This document shows positions 19,793 through 28,626 of a stretch of 64,000 bases of DNA, piece by piece; position 1 is the first letter of the stretch; the number at the start of each line of letters is the position of its first letter. The DNA lies in contig JBKPSP010000027.1 of NCBI GenBank assembly GCA_046735175.1, positions 220 to 64,219 of the forward strand, written 5' to 3'. Under the pieces are notes generated by a model. It was given only the letters and a program-made list of their open reading frames with translations, was not told where the DNA came from and made no database searches. A program made the translations under genes and the position numbers. The DNA comes from Acidobacteriota bacterium. GTDB taxonomy: Bacteria > Acidobacteriota > Terriglobia > Terriglobales > Acidobacteriaceae.

Positions 19793-20527
19793 TTATTTGA
19801 ACCCGCCGGTGACGGCTTCTCGGTACTCCAGCCAGAACGCAGATGCGTTCTGTAGTCCAGCTTCGGCAAGTACGCGAAGGTCTTCGCTCAAGGTGAGCGG
19901 CTGGTCGTGATCGCGGGTCTCGAGATCGGCAATGAATGCACGGGTTGAGGACTCGTTCCTGAAGCGCTCATCACGTCCGGCGGAACGGCGGACAATTCCT
20001 TCAACACGAAGTTCCTGATAGCGGTTTTGTATTTGTACGTCATTTGCCACGATCAAGTCCGCATTCAGGAGCCACCCGCTGGGGTTCAGGAACCCGACCG
20101 CTTCGCGCAGCGCCGGAACTTTGTCGGTCGCCGGGAGATGATGCAGCGCAAACGCCGAATAGACCAGATCGCCACGCTCCCCGGCAATCAAACGCGACAG
20201 CTCGCGAAAATCACCAACGCGGAAATCAACGCGATCGGCGAGAGAACCCAACCTGCCTCTAGCCATATCCACCATGGCAGCCGCGCCATCAATTGCGATC
20301 ACGTGGCAGTTGGCAAAATTTCTGAGAATCGCTTGGGAAAAGAATCCGGTTCCGACGCCGAGGTCGAGCGCGGTAAATTCTTTCTCGCGATCGAACGGGA
20401 CCAGATCGAGAACCACCTCAAGCATTTTGTGCCGATTGGGATGCATCAGGTCCATATCGGCGTCGTAGGACGCGACTCGTTCAGGGATGTCGTAGGCGGC
20501 GACTGAGTGGCTTTTGGCGGTGCTCAT
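19793..20527 (-). CDS. Class I SAM-dependent methyltransferase
   Basis: SAM-binding motif I (ALDLGVGTGFF) and overall Rossmann-type pattern. Substrate unknown. Confidence 0.8.
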   Translation of the reverse strand: MSTAKSHSVAAYDIPERVASYDADMDLMHPNRHKMLEVVLDLVPFDREKEFTALDLGVGTGFFSQAILRNFANCHVIAIDGAAAMVDMARGRLGSLADRVDFRVGDFRELSRLIAGERGDLVYSAFALHHLPATDKVPALREAVGFLNPSGWLLNADLIVANDVQIQNRYQELRVEGIVRRSAGRDERFRNESSTRAFIADLETRDHDQPLTLSEDLRVLAEAGLQNASAFWLEYREAVTGGFK

Positions 20528-20671
20528 GGAACGATCAGTTTAGCATTCGGCGTGAACGACTCTCAGTTCCAGAACATCCATGCCAACTCAAATTGGGAAA
20601 TATTTGCCACCTGAAGGAACTTCTAATCTCGAACTAATCGCCCTCTTAATCTCGCTTGTCACAATCGGATC

Positions 20672-21535
20672 ATGACGGCAGCTGCGGTCCCGGTTCCGAG
20701 CGGTGGTGTCCTGGTAGCCAGCGCTAACGCCCACCTTCACGGTGATGTCTTAAGCCAGTTCCAACTCGGTCGCGGGCCGATTTGCATCGCGAGCGGCGGG
20801 GCCGAAGCTCTGGCAAAGCTGGACAGCGGCAACTGGCAGACGCTCATTCTCGATCGCCATCTTCCCGATCTGGATGCGGAAGAGTTGAGAGGGATCACCG
20901 AGCGGCAGTATCCCGGAATCCGGGTCATGCTGCTTGATCCAGCATCCGCTGAACCACAAAATCGCGGATTGGTGCGGACCCAAACGCCGACTCGGAGCAC
21001 AAGTGCAGCCAACTCCGGGCCTGTCCCCGGCATGGTAGGCGAGAGCAGGCCCATGCGGGAGATGTACCGGATGGTGCGGCTGGTTGCGCCGCGCAATACG
21101 ACAGTGCTCGTGACCGGGCCAACCGGCAGCGGCAAAGAGTTGGTGGCTCGCGCCCTGCATCGTTTAAGTGGCCGGGCGAGCGCGGGATTCGCGGTGCTCA
21201 ATTGCGCGGCCATCCCGGACACACTGATCGAATCCGAATTGTTCGGCCTCTTGCCGAGCACCGCCGACGACAGTCCCCTGCTGCAGTGCCTGCGCTCGGA
21301 GATGCGCGACATTCTCGCCCGGGCCATCGGCGAACTGCCAGAAAAGGAGCGGCAGGTACTGGCTCTTTACTACTTCGAGGAGTTAACCATGAAAGAAGTA
21401 GGCATGGTGCTGGGCGTGGGCGAGTCACGAGTTTCGCAGATTCATTCCATGGCGGTGGTGCGGCTGCGAGCGCGAATGGCGGAACTGACGGCGGCCCACG
21501 GTAAAGCGGCAAAGAAGGCGGCGGGGGCAGGGTGA
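20672..21535 (+). CDS. In-frame chimera: degenerate receiver, the first ~70 residues of a sigma54-interaction AAA+ domain (ends at ESELFG), and FliA/sigma28 region 4
   Basis: GESRPMREMYRMVRLVAPRNTTVLVTGPTGSGKELVARALH...NCAAIPDTLIESELFG matches NtrC-type activators up to the residue before the GAFTGA segment. From nt 21248 the sequence switches to ELPEKERQVLALYYFEELTMKEVGMVLGVGESRVSQIHSMAVVRLR, a sigma70 region 4 of FliA type. Probably non-functional. Confidence 0.75.
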   Translation: MTAAAVPVPSGGVLVASANAHLHGDVLSQFQLGRGPICIASGGAEALAKLDSGNWQTLILDRHLPDLDAEELRGITERQYPGIRVMLLDPASAEPQNRGLVRTQTPTRSTSAANSGPVPGMVGESRPMREMYRMVRLVAPRNTTVLVTGPTGSGKELVARALHRLSGRASAGFAVLNCAAIPDTLIESELFGLLPSTADDSPLLQCLRSEMRDILARAIGELPEKERQVLALYYFEELTMKEVGMVLGVGESRVSQIHSMAVVRLRARMAELTAAHGKAAKKAAGAG

Positions 21536-21540
21536 GGGTC

Positions 21541-21661
21541 TCAGAATGCAGAATTCAGATTCAGAATTTAGATTTTAGATTTCAGATTTCAGATTGTGAC
21601 CAGTTGAGTGGGTTGCTGGCTTTAGATCTGCAATCAAAAATCTGAAATCAGAAATCTGCAG
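21541..21661. repeat. Heptamer-periodic inverted-repeat element (TCAGAAT/CAGATTT units)
   Basis: The left arm has 8 tandem heptamers (tcagaat gcagaat tcagatt cagaatt tagattt tagattt cagattt cagattg). The right arm, aatctgaaatcagaaatctgcag, is its imperfect complement. Confidence 0.85.
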
Positions 21662-21668
21662 TTGAAAT

Positions 21669-22637
21669 ATGGACAAGGTTCTAAACCAGCAGGAAATCGA
21701 CGCGCTTGTGCGCCAGGCACGCGGGGGCGCGACCGCGCGGACGGAAGCGCCGGTCGTTCGCTGGGACTATCGCCAGGCGGGGCGGCTCGGGCGCGAGCAG
21801 ATGGAAGCCATCAGCGGATTACACGAAGGGTTTGCGCGCAGCTTGACTCACTCGATGGGCGCCTATCTGCGTTTGAGTTTTAATGTCGCGCTGGTCTCCG
21901 CCGAGCACCTCAGTTACCGGGAGTTCGTCGGCAGCGTTCCGGAAGGGACCTATCTTTCCTCCTGCAAGCTGGCTCCTTTTGGCGCGCGTGGGCTGGTTCA
22001 ACTGGATATAGGAGTTTCCTTCGCCCTCATCGATGTTCTGCTGGGTGGTGAGGGATCCGCCCAGCCTCCGGTGAGAGAGGTCACGGAGATTGAAGACCAG
22101 GTACTTGAAACCGTGATGCGGATTATCTGCCGTGAACTGCAAGTTGCATGGAGTGCTCTGGGCCTGGAATTCCAATTTGAGCAGCGCCAGCACGCGGCCC
22201 AGGTACAGCACCTTCTCTCTCCGGACGAGCGCGTGCTATGCCTGAGCTTTGAAGTAACCATGAAGGATTGCCGGGGAACTATGAGCGTGATCGTGCCCGC
22301 GGTAATTTCCAGCGCGCTGCTGCGAAAAATTTCCGTAGCGCGGCCGAAGACCTACACCCAGCTTGGTTCGCCGGACTCGGCGCAACGTCTGATGGAGCGG
22401 CTGCTGGCATGCCGCTTCCGCATGCAACTGGGAATGGATGTGCGGACGTCCTCAGAGCAACTGGCAGGCATATCCAAGGGCATGGTGCTGACGTTCAGCC
22501 GGGACAGTGATGGGACTTGTGACCTGTTGGCCGGTACGCGCCCGGTCTTTAAGGCCCGGGTGGCGCGGCGAGGAAACAATCGAGCTGCTCAGATTCTTGG
22601 CGCGCTAGAAGGAAAGATGGAGCGGGGGGCCATATGA
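21669..22637 (+). CDS. fliM: Flagellar motor switch protein FliM
   Basis: N-terminal CheY-P-binding-type motif LNQQEIDALV, FliM middle-domain pattern and a C-terminal FliN-like segment. 322 aa. Confidence 0.88.
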   Translation: MDKVLNQQEIDALVRQARGGATARTEAPVVRWDYRQAGRLGREQMEAISGLHEGFARSLTHSMGAYLRLSFNVALVSAEHLSYREFVGSVPEGTYLSSCKLAPFGARGLVQLDIGVSFALIDVLLGGEGSAQPPVREVTEIEDQVLETVMRIICRELQVAWSALGLEFQFEQRQHAAQVQHLLSPDERVLCLSFEVTMKDCRGTMSVIVPAVISSALLRKISVARPKTYTQLGSPDSAQRLMERLLACRFRMQLGMDVRTSSEQLAGISKGMVLTFSRDSDGTCDLLAGTRPVFKARVARRGNNRAAQILGALEGKMERGAI

Positions 22638-23464
22638 CGGTAACGGACGATACGCAATCAATCGCTCGCGAGTTCATGCAGCTTTGGGCTACAAGCGCGT
22701 CCAACGCGATCGGCCAGATTGTGTCGGGAGCATTTCAAATAGAAGTTACCGAGGAGGCGCCTGCCGGACCGCTTGAAGCCGCAGAAACCGATATTTATCT
22801 GACAATCACTGTGGCGGGGAGTGCGCGCGGCGAGATGAGTTTCCGCCTGCCGGCGAATGTTGCTCTCAAAATGGCAAGAACGTTTTCCGGGGAGCCGAGC
22901 GCGGAGAACAAAGAGTTGACCGCCGACCATCGCTCGGCGCTGGATGAATTTTTCCGGCAGATCGCCGGACATGTCTCCACCGCGGCGAAGGAGAAATGGA
23001 ATGAACTCCCGATCACGGTTGCATCCGGCGAAGCGCCCACTTGGTCACCCGGCGCCAGCGGATGGCTCTGCTCTGCCGCTGGGACACCGTTCGCCATCGC
23101 AATGGAATGGCGGCTGAGTGCGGCACTCACGACTTCGTTGCAGGCATTCCGGCAAGCGTCTGCCTCGACCAGCCAGTCAATACGCCCGTCACCCGCAACG
23201 AACGAAAGCTCCGCGTCCAATTACGACCTGCTCATGAATGTCGACCTTGAACTAACGCTGCGGTTCGGGGAGCGCGAGATGCTCTTGAAGGACATTCTGG
23301 AACTGGGTGCGGGTGCGGTCATTGAGCTTGACCGCGAGGTGGAAGACCCTGCCGATCTCCTGCTGGACGGAAGATTGATTGCCCGCGGCGAGGTGGTCAT
23401 CGTAGACGGAAACTTTGGATTGCGAGTGACAGAGGTCGTCCCAGTTTCACAGACGCTGGCCTGA
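22634..23464 (+). CDS. fliN: Flagellar motor switch protein FliN (FliY-like long form)
   Basis: C-terminal SpoA/FliN domain (VDLELTLRFGEREMLLKDILELGAGAVIELDR...LLDGRLIARGEVVIVDGNFGLRVTEV). ATGA overlap with fliM. Confidence 0.85.
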   Translation: MTVTDDTQSIAREFMQLWATSASNAIGQIVSGAFQIEVTEEAPAGPLEAAETDIYLTITVAGSARGEMSFRLPANVALKMARTFSGEPSAENKELTADHRSALDEFFRQIAGHVSTAAKEKWNELPITVASGEAPTWSPGASGWLCSAAGTPFAIAMEWRLSAALTTSLQAFRQASASTSQSIRPSPATNESSASNYDLLMNVDLELTLRFGEREMLLKDILELGAGAVIELDREVEDPADLLLDGRLIARGEVVIVDGNFGLRVTEVVPVSQTLA

Positions 23465-23469
23465 ACCGC

Positions 23470-24315
23470 ATGGCAGTATCAACACAGCGACTTCGCGAGG
23501 CGGTACTGCACTGGGAAGCCCGCGTACTTGGATGCCAGGCACCGGATTGCTCCAGGCACCACCGGATCTGGAAGCGAATTTCGAGCCACTCACGGAGTAT
23601 TCGCGTACATGGCGTGCAGTATTGTTTTCCGCAGTGCTTTGAACGGGAGCTGCAACGGAAATGTGAAGCTCTGCAGTTATCGGAAGGGTTCGAAAGCCGC
23701 CGGGAGCGCCGCATTCCGCTGGGACTGCTGATGCTTTCGCGAGACGACGTGACACCTGCGCAGCTTCATGAAGCTCTCGCCGAACAGGGCCGCCGGAACG
23801 AGATGCGCATCGGCGAATGCATGCAGCGCCTCGGATTTGTTGGGCAGCAGCAGGTCACAGCCGCACTGGCAGCGCAATGGCGCTGCCCGGTCCTGCATAA
23901 GATGCCGCGGCAACTGCTGCACTGCGGCCTGCCCCACGGACTGCTGCTGGAATTCGAGATGTTGCCGGTGCATTTTGTATCAGCCACGCGAACTCTTCAC
24001 GTTGCGTTTGCCACGGAGATCGCATATGGCGCGCTGGTCGCGGTCGAGCAGATGCTGGATTGCAGGACGGAAGCCTGTCTGGTCACACCCGCGGCGTTCC
24101 AAGCTGGGATTGAGCGTTTGCAGCAAACCGCCGCCCCTTCGGAAAAACTCTTCGCCAATTCGCGCAGCCCCGCAGAAATTGCGCGAATCACGTCGAGCTA
24201 TGCTGCGAGGCTCGAGGCAGAGAACGTCAAGCTTGTCGCTTGTGGAGACTTGGCCTGGGTTAGAATCGACGGCGACCGCGAGCCGACGAATTTACTATTT
24301 CAGCGACCGTGTTGA
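23470..24315 (+). CDS. T2SSE_N (MshEN)-domain protein with an N-terminal Cys-rich zinc-finger-like segment
   Basis: PLGLLMLSRDDVTPAQLHEALAEQ and RIGECMQRLGFVGQQQVTAALAAQ resemble the tandem 24-residue MshEN motif. The downstream P...HV.FA pattern is typical of GspE N-terminal domains. The N-terminus has CQAPDC...YCFPQC. Confidence 0.7.
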   Translation: MAVSTQRLREAVLHWEARVLGCQAPDCSRHHRIWKRISSHSRSIRVHGVQYCFPQCFERELQRKCEALQLSEGFESRRERRIPLGLLMLSRDDVTPAQLHEALAEQGRRNEMRIGECMQRLGFVGQQQVTAALAAQWRCPVLHKMPRQLLHCGLPHGLLLEFEMLPVHFVSATRTLHVAFATEIAYGALVAVEQMLDCRTEACLVTPAAFQAGIERLQQTAAPSEKLFANSRSPAEIARITSSYAARLEAENVKLVACGDLAWVRIDGDREPTNLLFQRPC

Positions 24316-24365
24316 AAGGCGGAATTGGCATTTTGGCGCTTGGCCCGTATGGATGGATGCTCACC

Positions 24366-24632
24366 CTAAGTTTTAGAGCTCGGCCGCAACACAAGCTCTG
24401 ATCCCTGGGCTAGATAGCCCTTTCGGCGAAACCAATCCTGCATCGCGCTTTGCAGGCCGGCGAGCGGAACTCTTTCGCCAATCTCGACCACACCGTCAGC
24501 CACCGGGAGGGTATCGTCGAAAACGCTGGCATTGGTAAAACTGCGCATGGAAAAGCTATCAAGCCATTTCAATGGGCATGGAAGCCGCTCGCCTTCGTGT
24601 TCGTACTCCACGAGGATTTTGCGGGAAAACAT
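24366..24632 (-). CDS. Hypothetical protein
   Basis: 88-aa ORF from ATG 24632 (MFSRKILVEYEHEG...). The longer ORF start lies inside the heptamer repeat. No recognised domain. Confidence 0.35.
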   Translation of the reverse strand: MFSRKILVEYEHEGERLPCPLKWLDSFSMRSFTNASVFDDTLPVADGVVEIGERVPLAGLQSAMQDWFRRKGYLAQGSELVLRPSSKT

Positions 24633-24647
24633 GAGGGAAGAATAGCA

Positions 24648-24795
24648 GCACTCAGCATTCAGCACTCAGCATTCAGCATTCAGCCAGGGAAGAGGGCTGT
24701 AGATTCCAATAGGATTGCATGAATCGGTTCGATGAGTCATCGCGAATGCGTGGCTATTTGTTCGGGCTGAATGCTGAGTGCTGAATGCCGAGTAC
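24648..24795. repeat. Heptamer-periodic inverted-repeat element (GCATTCA/GCACTCA units)
   Basis: The left arm is gcactca gcattca gcactca gcattca gcattca gcc (24648-24685). The right arm, gctgaat gctgagt gctgaat gccgagt (24766-24793), is its complement. The spacer is about 80 nt. Confidence 0.9.
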
Positions 24796-24799
24796 TTTT

Positions 24800-25117
24800 C
24801 TACATCGCCGGCGATGGCGTGGCAGAGGCTGGAGCAGTTGTCTCGCCGTTGACTAGATCCTTGAGTTCTTTGCTCGGCTTGAAGAAAGGGATCTTCTTTG
24901 CCGGAACTTCAACGCGATCGCCAGTTTTCGGATTGCGGCCGACGCGGGGCTTACGTTGACGGGTACGGAAGCTGCCGAAACCGCGGATCTCGATTTTGTC
25001 GCCCGCCCGCAGCGAGCGCACGACGCTCTCAAAGATGGTTTCGACGATGACCTCGCTGTCTTTGCGGGTCAACTCCGCCAGCCGAGACACCTCGTCGATC
25101 AAGTCCGCCTTTGTCAT
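24800..25117 (-). CDS. ihfB: HU/IHF family DNA-binding protein, IHF-beta-like
   Basis: IEIRGFGSFRTR...GRNPKTGDRVEVPAKKIPFFKPSKELK matches the IHF/HU beta-arm signature. Confidence 0.85.
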   Translation of the reverse strand: MTKADLIDEVSRLAELTRKDSEVIVETIFESVVRSLRAGDKIEIRGFGSFRTRQRKPRVGRNPKTGDRVEVPAKKIPFFKPSKELKDLVNGETTAPASATPSPAM

Positions 25118-25239
25118 AGCTTCTCCCCAAGACAGCTTCTAGTGACTAGCTGCCCCCGGCGATGGCCAGCGCAGCAGCTTCTCCATAACATTCTCAAAAA
25201 TCGAGGTTTATGGCAAGAGCCGAGACGGCTTCTCCCCAT

Positions 25240-26157
25240 CTATCGCCACAAATAATAGAAGCCCATCTGCTCGTCCAGCAATTTCTCTTTCGTCGGGAGC
25301 CAGGGTGATACATCTCCCATCAGCAGGTCGAGCAAAGATTTCCGTTCGCGTTCGGGATGGACCAGCACCGGCTCGCCGCTTATGTGGACTGCTTTGGCTG
25401 TGTCCTCAACCGCGCTGCGGAAATCTCCGATCTGGTCCACGAGATGCATGCCCAAAGCCTGCTCGCCGGTCCAGACGCGACCATCCGCGATCGGCTTGAT
25501 GTCTGAGTCTTTTACATGCCGGCCGTCAGCAACGGCGTGGACGAACTGGCTGTACATGTTATCGATCAGGCCCTGCAAATACTGGCGTTCGGCCGGAGTC
25601 AGTTCGCGGCGCGGGTCGCCGGTGTCTTTGAATTCACCCACCTTGAGCACTTCAGGTTTCAGCTTCGCCCACTTCAAAAGATCGCCATAGTTCACCCATT
25701 CAGCGATCACGCCAATCGAACCCACCACACTGCCGCTGTCGGCGTAAATCTTATTGGTCGCTGACGAAACGTAATAAGCGCCGCTGGCGCCGACTGTCTC
25801 GATATCGGCCACGATGTGCTTGTGCTTTTCGTCGCGTATGCGCTTGACTTCGCGATAGATCTCTTCCGAGGCGGCCACTCCTCCGCCGGGCGAGTTCACG
25901 TGGATCAGGATGGCCTTGATCGAGTCGTCATCCGCAAACTTGCGCAACTGCTCGACTACATCACTGGGATCGAGAATGACGCCATCCAGGTCGACGACGC
26001 CGATTTTGTCGCCAAAGGCGTGGATCCCGGCCCGCTGGCCGCCTCCCGCATGCAGCGCTACGTAGACCAGGGTAAACACGGCCAGCACAAAGAGGAAGAA
26101 TGCTCCTCCCCCAATCAACACCCAGAGCCATACGCGCGAGCGACTGTTTTCACCCAT
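25240..26157 (-). CDS. sppA: Signal peptide peptidase SppA (36K type)
   Basis: N-terminal TM anchor and ClpP/crotonase-fold S49 motifs (INSPGGGV..., GASGAYY, GSIGV). Confidence 0.88.
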   Translation of the reverse strand: MGENSRSRVWLWVLIGGGAFFLFVLAVFTLVYVALHAGGGQRAGIHAFGDKIGVVDLDGVILDPSDVVEQLRKFADDDSIKAILIHVNSPGGGVAASEEIYREVKRIRDEKHKHIVADIETVGASGAYYVSSATNKIYADSGSVVGSIGVIAEWVNYGDLLKWAKLKPEVLKVGEFKDTGDPRRELTPAERQYLQGLIDNMYSQFVHAVADGRHVKDSDIKPIADGRVWTGEQALGMHLVDQIGDFRSAVEDTAKAVHISGEPVLVHPERERKSLLDLLMGDVSPWLPTKEKLLDEQMGFYYLWR

Positions 26158-26255
26158 AAATGGCTAGTAGTTTAGCACTTACGGGAGCCATGAGCAGCGA
26201 GCTTCGAGTGAACTGAGCGTTAGATCGCTCGCGGCTCACCGCTCAGTGCTTGTGG

Positions 26256-27110
26256 CTACGCGGGAGCGATGACCTTCAGCACCTTTGGCTCTACGCTGAA
26301 TTCCACCGGAGTCTGGCAGACGAACTCGCCATCGGCGTAAACGTCTAATGGATATTCCGTCTCGATGCGGAGTTTCTCCGCCTGCTCATACTGGACTTCT
26401 TCGAATCCCAGATGCCGGCCGAAGAACACCGTAGGAAAAAGGCAGAACAGCTTGAAGGTGTCCATGCTGCGGACCGTGCACAGGTCGAGCTTGCCGTCAT
26501 CGAGTTTCGCTTGCGGAGCGATCTTCATGCCGCCGCCGTAAGTTTGTGCGTTGGCGACTGCGGCCAACATCGTGGGTCGAAATGGCTGGCCTGCATTGCC
26601 ATTGTTTGAAATCTTCATGGGAAGAGGAGCGAAGCGAAAAAATTCACGAGTGGCGGTTAAAGCGTAACCGCCATGGCCGCGAATCCAACTGGGAAGTTCG
26701 TTGGCATGCTTGTTGATTTGGCTGTCGAGCCCGATTCCGGCCACGCAGCAGAAGTATCGGCTGCATTGCGCCGATGTTTCTGACCCCAAGCCTCTGATTA
26801 CCCCGAGGTCGATCGTGCGAAAGCCCGCCGCCTCTTCCGCGAACTTGCGCCACGCATCGATCGAGTCTTGCAGGTTTCGCAGGCCAAGAGCGCGAGCAAA
26901 ATCATTCCCGCTTCCGCAAGGCACGACCAGCAGCGGAACGTCTAAATCGAGCAATGTCGTAAGTTGATGGTGGATGGTACCGTCGCCGCCGAAGATGATG
27001 ATGGCTTCAGCCTGCTCGATCAGCGATGTCCATCGCACATTGGTGGCACGCTGGAATTCAAGGAAGTCTTTCGACACGTTCCCCGGCCCAAGAATCGCAG
27101 CAGCGCGCAT
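26256..27110 (-). CDS. Diacylglycerol kinase family lipid kinase (YegS/BmrU-like)
   Basis: GGDGTIHH and PCGSGNDFAR motifs of the DAGK catalytic domain. Confidence 0.85.
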   Translation of the reverse strand: MRAAAILGPGNVSKDFLEFQRATNVRWTSLIEQAEAIIIFGGDGTIHHQLTTLLDLDVPLLVVPCGSGNDFARALGLRNLQDSIDAWRKFAEEAAGFRTIDLGVIRGLGSETSAQCSRYFCCVAGIGLDSQINKHANELPSWIRGHGGYALTATREFFRFAPLPMKISNNGNAGQPFRPTMLAAVANAQTYGGGMKIAPQAKLDDGKLDLCTVRSMDTFKLFCLFPTVFFGRHLGFEEVQYEQAEKLRIETEYPLDVYADGEFVCQTPVEFSVEPKVLKVIAPA

Positions 27111-27257
27111 GCGCGGGTATTAGAGCACAGAGAGCAGCAGGGGAATAGGTGTTTCTTGATAATTGAGTGATCGTGTGTTCCAAATCGGAACGAAGTTAGC
27201 TGAATGCTTATTCAGGAGAACGCTTTCCCAGCTTAAGCGTACACCAAAATTAGAACG

Positions 27258-28496
27258 TCAATTTAGATGAACTCGTTTAACGCGCTTTCCAACCCGAACC
27301 AGGATCCCGCCATTCGAAGGAATGTTCACGATTGGAGTGCTCACGGCATTACCGTTGATCGTAACCGCTCCTTCCTGAATCTTGCGTTCTCCTTCGGTCC
27401 GGGACGACACCAAACCAGCTTCTTTCAGAAGCTTATCAACGCGGATCGCGTAGCTTCCGTTCTTTGACTCTGATCCAGCGGCCACCGCGGACTTATCGAT
27501 CGTGACCTCTTCTACACTCTCTGGCGCTTGGTTCTTCTGGAACTGCTTCGCCCAATCCTCTGCGGCTTTGGCTGCCGCTTCGGCGGAGTGAAAATCCTTA
27601 ACGATGCGCGCTGCCAAGTCTTTCTTCGCCTGCATCGGGTGCGCGTCCTTCTTCATGCGCTCGATCTCGGCCATCTGCACGTCAGTCAGCAGTTCGTAGT
27701 AGCGCCACATCATCTCGTCGGAAATGGACATCAGCTTGCCGTACATCTCCAGTGGCGCTTCCTTGATTCCTATGGCGTTGCCGTACGACTTGGACATCTT
27801 CTGCACACCGTCCAAGCCTTCGAGGATGGGCATCGTCAAAATGACCTGAGATTCCTGCCCATGAGCGCGCTGCAGTTCGCGGCCCATCAGCAGGTTGAAC
27901 TTCTGGTCTGTGCCGCCGAGTTCAACGTCTGCCTTGAGCATCACCGAGTCGTATCCTTGTGAGATCGGATAGAGCAACTCGTGAAGGGCGATCGGTTTTT
28001 CTTCCTGGAAGCGCTTGTGAAAATCCTCGCGCTCGAGCATCTGCGAAACGGTGAATTTGGCCGCGAGCTTAATCCAGTCTGAAGACTTCAATTTGTCAAA
28101 CCACTCGCTGTTGAAGCGAACTTCGGTGGTCCGCGGCGAGAGGATTTTGTAAACCTGCTCCATGTAGGTCTTGGCGTTCTTCATCAATTCTTCGGCGCTG
28201 AGAGGCGGGCGAGTCGCCGAGCGTCCTGTGGGATCGCCGATCATGCCGGTGAAATCGCCGATCAGAAAAATGACGGTGTGGCCAAGGTCCTGAAAGTGCT
28301 TCAGCTTGCGCAACAGCACGGTGTGACCGAGGTGCAGGTCGGGTGCAGTGGGATCGAAGCCGGCTTTGACGCGCAGCGGTTTGCCTGCCGCGAGGGACTT
28401 CTCAAGCTTCTCGCGCAGTTCTGACTCCTTCACAACCTCGGCGGAGCCTTTTTTTATGTATGTCAGTTGTTCATCAACGGGGGCGAAAGTTGGCAT
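27258..28496 (-). CDS. tyrS: Tyrosine--tRNA ligase
   Basis: HIGH-type motif (DLHLGH), KMSKS motif (KMSKSYGN) and a C-terminal S4-like domain. Confidence 0.95.
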   Translation of the reverse strand: MPTFAPVDEQLTYIKKGSAEVVKESELREKLEKSLAAGKPLRVKAGFDPTAPDLHLGHTVLLRKLKHFQDLGHTVIFLIGDFTGMIGDPTGRSATRPPLSAEELMKNAKTYMEQVYKILSPRTTEVRFNSEWFDKLKSSDWIKLAAKFTVSQMLEREDFHKRFQEEKPIALHELLYPISQGYDSVMLKADVELGGTDQKFNLLMGRELQRAHGQESQVILTMPILEGLDGVQKMSKSYGNAIGIKEAPLEMYGKLMSISDEMMWRYYELLTDVQMAEIERMKKDAHPMQAKKDLAARIVKDFHSAEAAAKAAEDWAKQFQKNQAPESVEEVTIDKSAVAAGSESKNGSYAIRVDKLLKEAGLVSSRTEGERKIQEGAVTINGNAVSTPIVNIPSNGGILVRVGKRVKRVHLN

Positions 28497-28513
28497 TGTT
28501 CAAGCATTATAAG

Positions 28514-28626
28514 GAATGCAGAAGGCAGAAGTCAGAATTCAGAAGTAAACCGGCCTGCCCATTTGACCGGAAGATGATTCCGCACTGGGTCTTACTTCTG
28601 CATTCTGACTTCTGCCTTCTGACTTC
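28514..28626. repeat. Heptamer-periodic inverted-repeat element (GAAGGCA/GAAGTCA units)
   Basis: The left arm is gaatgca gaaggca gaagtca gaattca gaagtaa (28514-28548). The right arm is ttacttc tgcattc tgacttc tgccttc tgacttc (28592-28626). The right arm overlaps the 3' end of purN. Confidence 0.9.

Noticed and set aside
21541-21661. CRISPR array interpretation of the tandem or inverted short repeats (also at 24648-24795, 28514-28626, 44915-45064 and 49137-49206)
   Set aside because: The units are 7 nt and contiguous, with no spacers of 25-40 nt. There are no cas genes in the window.
28497-28591. T-box leader upstream of tyrS
   Set aside because: Only 95 nt separate purN and tyrS, and the heptamer inverted repeat occupies them. 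That is too short, and no specifier or T-box sequence was seen.
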